Source: Candidatus Poseidoniaceae archaeon (GTDB taxonomy: Archaea > Thermoplasmatota > Poseidoniia > Poseidoniales > Poseidoniaceae). From it: a stretch of 64,000 nucleotides of DNA. Position 1 is the stretch's first letter; each line of letters opens with the position of its first letter. The DNA lies in contig CASICQ010000007.1 in the NCBI GenBank assembly GCA_949373235.1, positions 1,030 to 65,029 on the forward strand. The letters are read 5' to 3'. A program made the position numbers and the translations under genes. The notes under the pieces are model-generated. The model searched no databases. It saw only the letters and a list, made by a program, of their open reading frames with translations, and was not told where the DNA came from. Positions 1-8,871 of this stretch are shown here, one piece after another.

Positions 1-133
1 CCGCTTCGTGGGGGTCGAGCCAAAGAAACACGACGGGTGTGATCATCGTCGCTAAACCAAACCCTGCTGGCACGGTAAGGGCGGCAGCGAGGAAGGTTGC
101 CACAAGGCTGAACACCACCAGGGCCAAGTCCAT
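1..133 (-). CDS. Sulfite exporter TauE/SafE (TSUP) family membrane protein, 5' part only (runs off window)
   Basis: Manual translation from ATG at 133: MDLALVVFSLVATFLAAALTVPAGFGLATMITPVVFLWLDPHEA; hydrophobic helix plus GFG motif typical of TSUP N-termini. Confidence 0.65.
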   Translation of the reverse strand, partial: MDLALVVFSLVATFLAAALTVPAGFGLATMITPVVFLWLDPHEA

Positions 134-245
134 GGGGTGCGCTTCGTCAAGCAGCCAATAAGAGTGCGGACGATGGGTATTGACAAGGGTGGGGAAATCC
201 TTGCGTTGAGGTAAACCAAAGAAGAACCGGTGGTGTCTCACCCAC

Positions 246-605
246 ATGGCCGCCATCAACCTGGCAGAAAAACTGACCTTGTTCAGTGAGCACTGGAGCC
301 CGCGCGTGGTTGCAGAGATGAACGATTACCAGTTCAAGCTGGCCAAACTCGATGGCGAGTTTGTCTGGCACAACCACGAGGACACCGACGAGGTGTTCAT
401 CGTCGTCAAAGGCTCGATGCACATCGAAATGGAGCATGAAACAGTCCACCTTTCTGAAGGCGAAATGTACGTGGTTCCCAAAGGCGTGATGCACAAACCC
501 TACGCCGAAACCGAATGCCACGTGATGCTTGTTGAACCGCGTGGCGTGGTCAACACCGGTGATGCTGGTGGCGATTTCACCGCTGAGAATGACGTTTGGG
601 TGTGA
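246..605 (+). CDS. Cupin domain protein
   Basis: Cupin metal motifs [11 protein letters not shown] and VPKGVMHKP. Confidence 0.9.
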   Translation: MAAINLAEKLTLFSEHWSPRVVAEMNDYQFKLAKLDGEFVWHNHEDTDEVFIVVKGSMHIEMEHETVHLSEGEMYVVPKGVMHKPYAETECHVMLVEPRGVVNTGDAGGDFTAENDVWV

Positions 606-609
606 AGCA

Positions 610-1681
610 ATGGGCGAGCCACTGATCGATGAGGACATTCGCAAAGCGCGGACCTTACCCTCAGCATGGTACACTGAAATGGAGCACTTCAAACGCCTCC
701 AACCGGTGTTTTCAGGCTGGCAGTTTGCCGCTCACCAATCTGAATTTGGGGCCAACAACGTGCTGCCAATCGAACATTACGAAGCCATCACTGGCGAATC
801 GGTGGTGCTGATCAAGAACGAAGTTACCGCATGCTACTCCAACGTCTGCACCCACAGAGGCATGCGCGTGGCCTTGGAAGCCTGCGCGGCAAAAACCCTG
901 CAGTGCAGGTACCATGGGCGCACCTTCAACTTGGATGGAACCCTCAGGCACATGCCGGAATTCGCAGAGGCAATCGACTTTCCAACAGCGAGCGATAACC
1001 TGGCTGACGTTTTCACTCAAGCAGTGGATGGGCATGCACTTCACCGCGCTCGATGATTCGGCAGAACTTCCTTGGAAGGAGGTGGAAGATCGGCTGGGCT
1101 TTCTCAACGCTGAGGCGTTCACGCACGATGCTTCTCGCGACCGCGACCACACGATTGAGGCCAACTGGATGCTCTATGTCGACAATTACCTTGAAGGGTT
1201 CCACATTCCCTATGTTCACCCAGAACTGAACCAGGCGCTTGACTACGGAGCCTATGCCACGGAGGCCTTTGACGGTGGCGTGCTGCAAATCGGCAAAGCG
1301 ATGGAAGGCGATGTCAAGTTTGACCTGCCTGAAGACCACCCTGATGCTGGTCAAGACATTGCGGCCTACTACCTGTGGCTGTTTCCCAACATGATGTTCA
1401 ACTTCTATCCGTGGGGGCTTTCGCTCAATGTGGTGGTCCCCGTTTCCCCAACCCAAACGAGGGTGCTCTACCGGGGCTACGTGCGGGATGCTGGGCTGGC
1501 GAGCCAAGGTGCGGGTTCACTGCTCGACACGGTCGAGGATCAGGACCAGTGGGTCATCGAATTGGTGCAGCGTGGGATGGCTTCGTCTGTCTATGATCGT
1601 GGCAGGTATTCCCCAACGAGGGAACAAGGTGTGCATCATTTCCATCGGATGCTGGCGAAGCTGTTTGATGAAAAACAGTGA
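610..1681 (+). CDS. Rieske aromatic ring-hydroxylating oxygenase alpha subunit (choline monooxygenase-like); one apparent +1 frameshift near 1000-1010
   Basis: Rieske motif CTH...CRYH in ORF 529-1056; mononuclear Fe motif DNYLEGFHIPYVH and C-terminal EDQD in ORF 914-1681; the frames join by removing one base around CTGGCTGACG. Confidence 0.85.
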
Positions 1682-1694
1682 GCACGGTGTGTCC
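1681..1694. repeat. Direct repeat copy A (AGCACGGTGTGTCC)
   Basis: Matches 3628-3638 (11 bp exact) and 4237-4250 (13/14). Confidence 0.7.
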
Positions 1695-1713
1695 TAGACC
1701 TATTTCAATCATC

Positions 1714-3592
1714 TCAAGCAGAAATCAACGACCGTAGATGATTTGCAAGTTCTTTGTCCGTACAGTAGACATAGCAACCTTTCATTCCTCTCGTGAGCAG
1801 TGTTCTGTAGGTATTGAGAACAATCTCTCTACCTCGTCTCGTTGCCTCTGCTGGATTTTCTTTCATCATTTTCTTCAAACCTTTGATCGATGCGTCACTT
1901 TTCGCTCTTTCATTGACATCAGTAATGACGTGGCCCCCTGATAATTGCAAGTCAGGTCCAATTATGACTCCGACATAATCTAATTCTAACCCCTGACACG
2001 TGTGAATACAACCTATTTCGCTGATTGACTCATCTTTCTCAATCCATAACATTCCGTGCTGAGTGAGATTCCATTTTGCAGATAATTTACCACCTTCGAG
2101 AATGATATCATTCTCATTCGGGTCTTTCTTGCTAATCCAGTTCCAGCAATATCCTGCGACCAACCTTGATTTGAAATTCTGATTGTTCTTCTCAATTATT
2201 TTCTCATACATTTCTTTTGGATCATCGAATATTTGGAAATCAAATACTGAGGTGTCAAGAGAGGTGTTTGCAGTAGGCCGTAATCCCAATGAGTTGTCTA
2301 TCCAAGCGAGGTAACCATCTGAACCGCCACACCTAAATTGAGAAGTCAAATCTGCATCAAAGACCTCTGCATTCATTTCCTTTGCATATGCTCGGATTAA
2401 TTCTTCAGACCCAACATCTTTCAAGTGAATTCGTTGGTATTCATCGATGAAGAATATAGATGTCCTGCAAGATTGGATAATCTCCTTCACTTGATTCTCA
2501 CCAAGATTACCAAACATTCCAGATTTCGCATTCAATCTATGAGCTTCATCAACAATCAAAGCGTCATACTCGTTATTCAAGCAATCAACAAATGATCCAC
2601 TGCCAGTGAAAAGAGCAGAGATTCGTGACTTTCGAAGATGACCACTGAGTCTAGCCGCATACACTAGACCGAGGAGCGGAATTCTTTGTTATGTATCTCG
2701 AATTTAATCCATTGGAAATAAACTTGGAGAGGAGATTGACTGCCAATACAGACTTACCCGTCCCAGGCCCACCACGTACGATGAAAACCCGCTTTTTCTG
2801 ATCGCCTTTCGTAGCCAAGTTGTACTGCTTTTTCGTAAATCACTTTCTGATCATCTAACAAGGTAAATTCGTCATTTCCGTCCAGCATCCCTTTGACAGC
2901 ATCAGCCAAGGACTTACTCGGTTTGATATCGCTATGTTCTAATTTCTCTAATGCGGAACCAGAATCTCCATTTCTGAATTTTGAGCAAATGTATCCCCTG
3001 AACATCGGACCTTCCGAACCGATGAATGATGGCGAATTGAGAAGATGGTGAGAGGTAAAATGGGTCTTTCAGATCTCCCGCAGTAGTCATATTGTGCAAA
3101 TATGCACACGAGTTCAAAATCATCGATTCATCTTCAACTACCACTGCAAAATCCCGTAACAATTGAGCGTAGGACCATGACTGGTATGACGGGTGTTGGA
3201 CATCTCTATTTCCGCCACCAACGAATGTGTTGACTACACCATCCATGGTGGTTTTATACGCAAATTCCCCATTGTTTTAACTCAACAATGAGGACTGATG
3301 ATTCATCCAAGGCTGATGTACCAGATAGCAAAACGTCGATTCTCTTCGAGGTTTTTGGGATTTGAAATTCAATACCTAATCCTAAATCAGAAGGTACATC
3401 ACCATGGTCGAGGATGTTTGACAAAGCAGCGAGTGAATTCTTCCACGATCTTATTTCGGATTCCGAGGTCGAATGCCCATATGCACGAGTATAGGCTCTT
3501 TCCACAATTGCGGCAATTTGTCCAGTACCAACATCTCGAATGAAATCTTGGCATGTTGATGAGTAAACTCGCACGATACCCCTAAGGGTCAC
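1714..3592 (-). CDS. DUF2075 (Schlafen group 3-type) SF1 helicase with N-terminal PD-(D/E)xK nuclease-like domain; split by three +1 frameshifts
   Basis: RIDVLLSG...IVELKQW nuclease-like motif, HPSYQSWSY, Walker A GGPGTGKS (read manually near 2750-2780), Walker B LIVDEAHRL, QFRCGGS, GCIHTCQGLELDY, YRTLLTRG; visibly AT-rich relative to the rest of the window. Confidence 0.85.
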
Positions 3593-3627
3593 CTGTCTAA
3601 GTTACTTATGCTGTAATTTTCTTACGC

Positions 3628-3638
3628 CACGGTGTGTC
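3628..3638. repeat. Direct repeat copy B (CACGGTGTGTC)
   Basis: Identical to 1683-1693; lies between the DUF2075 gene and the next ORF. Confidence 0.65.
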
Positions 3639-3665
3639 AATGGATTCACCCCGTTGACCGTTTCA

Positions 3666-4175
3666 TCACGACTCGGTGTCCACAGTATCCCACCAATTGG
3701 CTGGTGTTGCACCCATGCGAAGAACGAGGCTGACAATCATTTCCAACGCTGGTACAGCGCCCGTTTTGGACAAATTGAATTCCGAGGTGTTGATGATCCT
3801 CTCACCTTCTTTTTCGGTCAACCGCAAGAAATCACCCTTACCCTCCATGGAAAGGATGTATTCAAGATGAAGCCCTGAATCCCGCTGGGGTCCAAAATAG
3901 AGCTTGCTCACGGTGGTGGATGGAATCAAGAGTTTATTCATTGCGTCTTTTTTGGTCCTGACGCCAACCGTGCGTTCAGACCCGTTGGTGGACACAACGA
4001 AGGTTTTTGTTTCGCCATCAAAGAGGTCATCGTTTACCGATGAGGCGAGTTTAATATGATCGATAAACTTAGTAAATTCTCCGCTCTTATACGATTTCCA
4101 GGCACCAAAAAGAAACAAAACAGCAAAGGCCAGCCCAAATACAACGACATCCCACATAATCGATGCTCCATCCAA
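3666..4175 (-). CDS. Hypothetical protein with N-terminal transmembrane helix
   Basis: 169-aa ORF with hydrophobic N-terminus filling the space between repeats B and C. Confidence 0.6.
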   Translation of the reverse strand: MDGASIMWDVVVFGLAFAVLFLFGAWKSYKSGEFTKFIDHIKLASSVNDDLFDGETKTFVVSTNGSERTVGVRTKKDAMNKLLIPSTTVSKLYFGPQRDSGLHLEYILSMEGKGDFLRLTEKEGERIINTSEFNLSKTGAVPALEMIVSLVLRMGATPANWWDTVDTES

Positions 4176-4236
4176 AACGCCATCAATGTATGGCCGGCAG
4201 GTGCCTCGATGTTGTGTTTGATTTCATTCACCCGTC

Positions 4237-4250
4237 AGCACGGTGCGTCC
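4237..4250. repeat. Direct repeat copy C (AGCACGGTGCGTCC)
   Basis: 13/14 identical to 1681-1694. Confidence 0.65.
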
Positions 4251-4300
4251 ATCGTTGGAACCAATCAAGAGTCTATAAGAGAGCATGCAAACCTACAGCC

Positions 4301-4945
4301 ATGAGAAGAATCCTGGTGCCCCTTCTTCTCGTGATTTTATTCAGCATGAACGTCCAAGCGGAGACCTACAAGATCTCCGGTCGCGCCACCTATGCTGATG
4401 ACACACCTGTAGCCCTGCAGTACATTTCTGTGGAATGTGAACAGGGTGCCGTCGATTGCTACCACTACCGCGGCACCACAGCAATCACTGACGCCTACGG
4501 CTACTTCACAGTCCTCTTTGAAGCGGAAGATGATGACGATAACGTCGAAATCCTATTGACCTTACGCGGTGAAGCATTCACCCACACAATCGATGTCGAA
4601 AAGTATCAGAATTCGGCCAATGATCGAGTGTATCAAGACCTACAGCTTCAACAAAACCCTCCACCTTCAGGTGTGATGATGGGTCTCAGTTGTGGGGCTT
4701 TAGTGTTCATACTTGTCTTCATCTCAGTCCTGTCCAAAACTCGACGAAGGCTTTCGACCCCACAGGGGCGATTGGAATTCATGGGCCATAAGCAAGCAAA
4801 TCAGCTTCAATGTTCAATATGCAACGAAGTCGTTCTTCAACACCAATTGATCATGCATTTGATTGTTGACCACGACATGGAAGCAACCGATGCTGGACGA
4901 CTGACTGGTAAAATCATGCGGCGCACGTGGTCCGAAGAGGAATGA
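4301..4945 (+). CDS. Membrane protein: signal peptide, beta-rich extracellular domain, TM helix, cytoplasmic C2H2-like zinc finger
   Basis: Start MRRILVPLLLV; TM GALVFILVFISVL; CSIC-x12-H-x4-H pattern. Confidence 0.7.
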   Translation: MRRILVPLLLVILFSMNVQAETYKISGRATYADDTPVALQYISVECEQGAVDCYHYRGTTAITDAYGYFTVLFEAEDDDDNVEILLTLRGEAFTHTIDVEKYQNSANDRVYQDLQLQQNPPPSGVMMGLSCGALVFILVFISVLSKTRRRLSTPQGRLEFMGHKQANQLQCSICNEVVLQHQLIMHLIVDHDMEATDAGRLTGKIMRRTWSEEE

Positions 4946-5017
4946 GAAGCACTCGTAACGATACTGATAATTTCGCACATCGGCGAGTTTAAACACCCCT
5001 GCCCAAATGCGCAAGTC

Positions 5018-5368
5018 ATGTCAATCATTGAAGCATACAACGAAGCATGGGACACCGCAAACGCCGAAGCACTCGATGAGATCATTCACGATGATTTCGT
5101 CTTCAACCCTCACGTCGGCGGGCACACCATGAGTAAATCCGATATGATGGGATTCATCAACAGCGGCAGCAGCCCCACCTCTGAACACAACAGAATTCTT
5201 TTCGAAAACGATGAAGTTGGCGTTGCACACTCTATTGTCCACTTTGCAAACGATTCCGACTCTGAAGCCGTGATGGCCTTCATGCGATTCAAAGACGGCA
5301 AGATCATCCTTATGGAAACCGGTGCTACACCACTTTCTGAGGATTACAAACTCGTCGGTAGCGAGTGA
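5018..5368 (+). CDS. NTF2/SnoaL-like fold protein
   Basis: AYNEAW...ALDEIIHDDFVF...FKDGKI pattern. Confidence 0.75.
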   Translation: MSIIEAYNEAWDTANAEALDEIIHDDFVFNPHVGGHTMSKSDMMGFINSGSSPTSEHNRILFENDEVGVAHSIVHFANDSDSEAVMAFMRFKDGKIILMETGATPLSEDYKLVGSE

Positions 5369-5379
5369 CCATCAACCAA

Positions 5380-5396
5380 GGAAGCCTCGTGCTTCC
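5380..5396. terminator. Hairpin between convergent genes (possible terminator)
   Basis: GGAAGC-CTCGT-GCTTCC inverted repeat; the role of hairpins in archaeal termination is uncertain. Confidence 0.35.
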
Positions 5397-5407
5397 AAGC
5401 GCCCAAA

Positions 5408-6073
5408 TCACCTTTGAGATGAAGGGCTCGAAACCTGATGCGCTACGGCTACGAGTTGCCTCATGACAAAGATTATTTCTTCCGCATTCATGTCTGTACC
5501 ATGGATTTGAGCCTCGACCATTGTGTCTGTGATTTGTAGTGCCGCTGTTTTCATCATTGCCTGTTGAGCGTTGTAGATCGCTACCTTTCGTTGAGGCGTG
5601 AGGAACTGGTAAACGGCATTGGGATCGTTCGCACTTATTTTGAACATTTTATCAAAGACCTCATCGTTGATTTGGATGTCCTTGCCGACAAGGTCAAATA
5701 AAGAGGTTAAATTTGAGAATTCCGGTTCAATTTTGAGTCCGATGTTGAGGGTCATTGGGAGGTGAACTTCCAATCTCGTGTAATTGCTTTTGTTGCTGCC
5801 CACCCTTCTTTTCGATTTCTTCACCCAAATCAGACAGCCAAATGGAGGGATTTGGCCAACCAGAACCGAGGTCCCACGGAGCTTGAAAAGTCGGCGATAA
5901 GGGGCGCTTTGTGAAGAGGGGAGGCACTGAAACTGGAGAGCAGGAGCCAAGTTTACCATCCTGCCGTTTATTATGCTCTTCCCGTACCGTATGATGGCGT
6001 AAACCAGCATAACGGGGAGAAGCGGCGACATGAAAATTCCACACAACAGAAATACATTCGCCAACTGCGCCAC
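5408..6073 (-). CDS. Hypothetical membrane-anchored protein
   Basis: 221-aa ORF with N-terminal TM and a KDIQINDEVFDKMFKI motif. Confidence 0.7.
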   Translation of the reverse strand: MAQLANVFLLCGIFMSPLLPVMLVYAIIRYGKSIINGRMVNLAPALQFQCLPSSQSAPYRRLFKLRGTSVLVGQIPPFGCLIWVKKSKRRVGSNKSNYTRLEVHLPMTLNIGLKIEPEFSNLTSLFDLVGKDIQINDEVFDKMFKISANDPNAVYQFLTPQRKVAIYNAQQAMMKTAALQITDTMVEAQIHGTDMNAEEIIFVMRQLVAVAHQVSSPSSQR

Positions 6074-6126
6074 CTCTCAAATGCTATGAGAAGGCTGTGG
6101 GTTTTGGTCTTGACTAACAATCGGCA

Positions 6127-6162
6127 TCAAAGTTCAGTGATGTCCTTGTGCTCAGTGGAGAG
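6127..6162 (-). repeat. Diverged duplicate of the aceE 3' end (att-like remnant)
   Basis: Reads LSTEHKDITEL* versus aceE VSTERKDITEL* (8870-8905); includes an 18-bp exact match AGTTCAGTGATGTCCTTG. Confidence 0.85.
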
Positions 6163-6168
6163 AGCCGG

Positions 6169-6184
6169 AGGGCTCGAAACCTGA
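6169..6184. repeat. 16-bp direct repeat AGGGCTCGAAACCTGA (other copy 5423-5438)
   Basis: Exact match to a segment in the 3' end of CDS 5408-6073. Confidence 0.7.
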
Positions 6185-6191
6185 CCGCTGC

Positions 6192-7976
6192 TCAAGCCTT
6201 GTTGGTAAGGCGCCAGCGGACAGCGAGCATGGCCAACAAGCCAAACCAAAGCCACGTCGTTGAGAAGATCGTCGCTGGTGAAATCATCTGAACGTCTTCA
6301 AGTTGTCCGTTTTGACCACCTTCACAGCCTTCAGGAGGGGGGCCAATGCCAGGACCCCATGTTTCACCAAAGCCAGAGCAGTCGACACCGTTTCCTCCTT
6401 CGTCAAGGAAGGTCTCACCGTGGTAGCACAACAGGAAATACGGGAAGCCAATGTCACCCTCACCGTTCATCATGGTGGAATGGTAGTGGTAGATGCCATC
6501 AGGGAATTCAGGCGTTGGACCGAAGTGACCGTTGCATACATCAAGGTCGCCAAGTCCCTGAACATAGACATAGTCGTCGATGCCGTTGTAGCCCGTCTCA
6601 CCTTCTTTCAGTTTGTATGAGCTTTTCATCTCCACGATGTCCATCTGGTCGTCATAGCCCCAAAGGCCGTAGATGGGGTAGCCGTCCATGGACACACCGA
6701 TGACCGCTGAATGTGACCCATTGGCCGTGTTTTGTGCCACGGCCGCAGGCGTGCTCACGTCGTAATCAAACATGGTTTCGCCTTCTTCAGGGTGCCAGTG
6801 AAGGCAGTTGGCATCGGCGTGGTAGTGGAAGGTCCCGCCCTGTCCGTTGTGAGCGTGGCATACCCCGAGCACAATCGGTTGACGGTCTTCCTCATAGGCT
6901 CCGTGTTGGCTGGCGACTGCGTCGCCACCGGGTCCATCTTCTGGGCCATAGAACGGTACGCCGTTCACGGCGATGGCGACTTCACCGAGGGCTGCAGCGC
7001 ATTCGTAGTCACCGTTCGCCTCAGGGCAGTTGGTGGCGTCATGGCCACCGGTTGTGTCATTGACAGGAGAACGGGGAATGATCCATTCGTAGTTTTGAGC
7101 CCGCGTGCAATCGTTGCCTTGGGAACAGGCCAACGTTGATTCAAAATCATGATCGGGTAAGCCGTTTGTGACGATGGTGATGTGGGTTTCATTCATCGCG
7201 ATGCTGACCGAACATTCGTGCGTTTCCACCGCTGTGGTCGTTAAGTCGTCGACTTGGGTGATGTTCTGTCCGGGTTGACAACGGAACACATCAAGCCAAA
7301 ACTGCCCGAGGTCGGACGCATTGTAAGTCGGGCCCGCAGGAGGTTGTGTCTCGTTGCCCGTCCCGTTGCTTGCCCCATCACCTGTACCATTGTCTGTGCT
7401 GTTGCCCGTCCCGTTGTCTGTGGAATTATCTGTTTGGTTGCCCGTTGAATTGTCGCTTGAGTTTCCAGTGCTGGAGTTGCCTTGGGTGTCATTGGCCTGC
7501 CCTTCACCGGTCGAACCTTGTTCTTCTTCCGTGCGATCAACATCGACAACCATTGGCTCTGAAGTCGTATTTTCGAGGCCGTGGGCTGCAGTGAAATTCA
7601 AACTCACAACACCGCTTGCATCCGTAGTTACCGTGAAATTCCAAAGACCGGAGGCATCAGGTGCAAACTGCGCTATGCTTTCTTCTTCAAACACCACATC
7701 AACAAGGATTTCACTCGGGTGAGAGTGGATCACAAATCCGCTTAATGAAATGACAGCGCCATCATCTTCAGCTGAAATGAGGCTGAGAATTGGCGCAGGG
7801 TGAAGGTGTCCATCGTCATGGATTGGCGGGGTTGGGTTGAGGGTTTGTTCTTCTGATTCTTCTGCGTTGACGGAAGGCTCAGGAGGGACGGTTGTGCCGT
7901 CTCGGTCGATGACTGCCGCAGCAAGGCTTGCCACGAGAATTAGAACCAATACGCCCCAGATTGCATCTTTGTTCAT
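6192..7976 (-). CDS. YHYH-domain surface protein with G/N/S/T/D low-complexity linker and C-terminal membrane anchor
   Basis: NGLPDH, AVNGVPFY, FHYH, DGYPIYG, DLDVCNGH...PDGIYHYH motifs; GNSTDNGT-type repeats; C-terminal hydrophobic helix followed by basic residues. Confidence 0.9.
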   Translation of the reverse strand: MNKDAIWGVLVLILVASLAAAVIDRDGTTVPPEPSVNAEESEEQTLNPTPPIHDDGHLHPAPILSLISAEDDGAVISLSGFVIHSHPSEILVDVVFEEESIAQFAPDASGLWNFTVTTDASGVVSLNFTAAHGLENTTSEPMVVDVDRTEEEQGSTGEGQANDTQGNSSTGNSSDNSTGNQTDNSTDNGTGNSTDNGTGDGASNGTGNETQPPAGPTYNASDLGQFWLDVFRCQPGQNITQVDDLTTTAVETHECSVSIAMNETHITIVTNGLPDHDFESTLACSQGNDCTRAQNYEWIIPRSPVNDTTGGHDATNCPEANGDYECAAALGEVAIAVNGVPFYGPEDGPGGDAVASQHGAYEEDRQPIVLGVCHAHNGQGGTFHYHADANCLHWHPEEGETMFDYDVSTPAAVAQNTANGSHSAVIGVSMDGYPIYGLWGYDDQMDIVEMKSSYKLKEGETGYNGIDDYVYVQGLGDLDVCNGHFGPTPEFPDGIYHYHSTMMNGEGDIGFPYFLLCYHGETFLDEGGNGVDCSGFGETWGPGIGPPPEGCEGGQNGQLEDVQMISPATIFSTTWLWFGLLAMLAVRWRLTNKA

Positions 7977-8125
7977 ACGCTTAAGGTGCTAAGAAGAGGA
8001 TATATGGTTATGGGGTCATTGGTTTATCAATTTGAAAAATTAGACAAATGGTTTCTTACGAAGGCTCGGCAGTGAACTGGGGTATGAGCAGTCATGCGCG
8101 AAGATGAGTGGGGGATTTATCTCAA

Positions 8126-8731
8126 TCATTCCATGCCATCCATGCCATCCATGCCCATGGACTGCGTATATCCTGACTGAGGAGAAGTGGCGTTGAACCA
8201 CATACTCATTTCATGAGCGCTGTCCCACAAACCGATACGGGCGGAAAGTACGGTGTTATTCTCGATGAGCAATACATGTGGGATTGAAGTCACTGACAAA
8301 TTGGCTGCCAAAGATGGGGCGTGTAAAAACGGACGCTGAATCGAGCGATTCAATTCCTCTTCCATCGTGAGATGCCATTTCGTCATATTCGAGCTCTCAT
8401 TGCTTTCATGTTTGTTGAAAACGAGTAAATGGTCGGGCATAATCGATTCGTCAAGCGCCTCGATTGTTGGCTTGCAGTGGGTGCACCAAGATGCTGAAAA
8501 GTAGGCAACCCAGCGCCCACTTTCATTGGCAGAGGACCCATTCCAATGTGTTCCGTTTTGATCCACTAAATCAAAACCTGGGAATGTGCAACCAACATAC
8601 CATTCGGGGATATTACCTTCAGTGCAAATTGCAATTTCATCATCCACCGCTTCCGCCTCTGGCCCGATGCAACCTGCAAGGGTGCTCACAGAAAATAAAA
8701 GGCCGAGAAAAATTGAGATTTTTTTATTCAT
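8126..8731 (-). CDS. Thioredoxin-like (TlpA-type) lipoprotein with Met-rich tail
   Basis: Lipobox LAGC; FSASWCTHCKP redox motif; ends MGMDGMDGME. Confidence 0.8.
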   Translation of the reverse strand: MNKKISIFLGLLFSVSTLAGCIGPEAEAVDDEIAICTEGNIPEWYVGCTFPGFDLVDQNGTHWNGSSANESGRWVAYFSASWCTHCKPTIEALDESIMPDHLLVFNKHESNESSNMTKWHLTMEEELNRSIQRPFLHAPSLAANLSVTSIPHVLLIENNTVLSARIGLWDSAHEMSMWFNATSPQSGYTQSMGMDGMDGME

Positions 8732-8853
8732 TTAAACTCACTCCGGAGTGAAGATGCCGTGCTTGGCAAGTCCCGGCTCCTATCACAAAGACTGAGATTT
8801 TTTGTATATAGTCTTTTGATTTTAATTGACCCAGGTGGACAACCGTCAACCGA

Positions 8854-8871
8854 GAGGCTAGCGATAGCCTC
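8854..8871 (-). terminator. Hairpin at the aceE stop codon
   Basis: GAGGCTA-GCGA-TAGCCTC inverted repeat. Confidence 0.4.

Noticed and set aside
995-1020. Programmed ribosomal frameshift in the Rieske gene
   Set aside because: No canonical slippery heptamer, and it shares the +1 insertion pattern of three nearby breaks, favouring sequencing error.
7340-7490. Repeated GTTGCCCGT-type units
   Set aside because: They encode the G/N/S/T/D linker of the YHYH protein.
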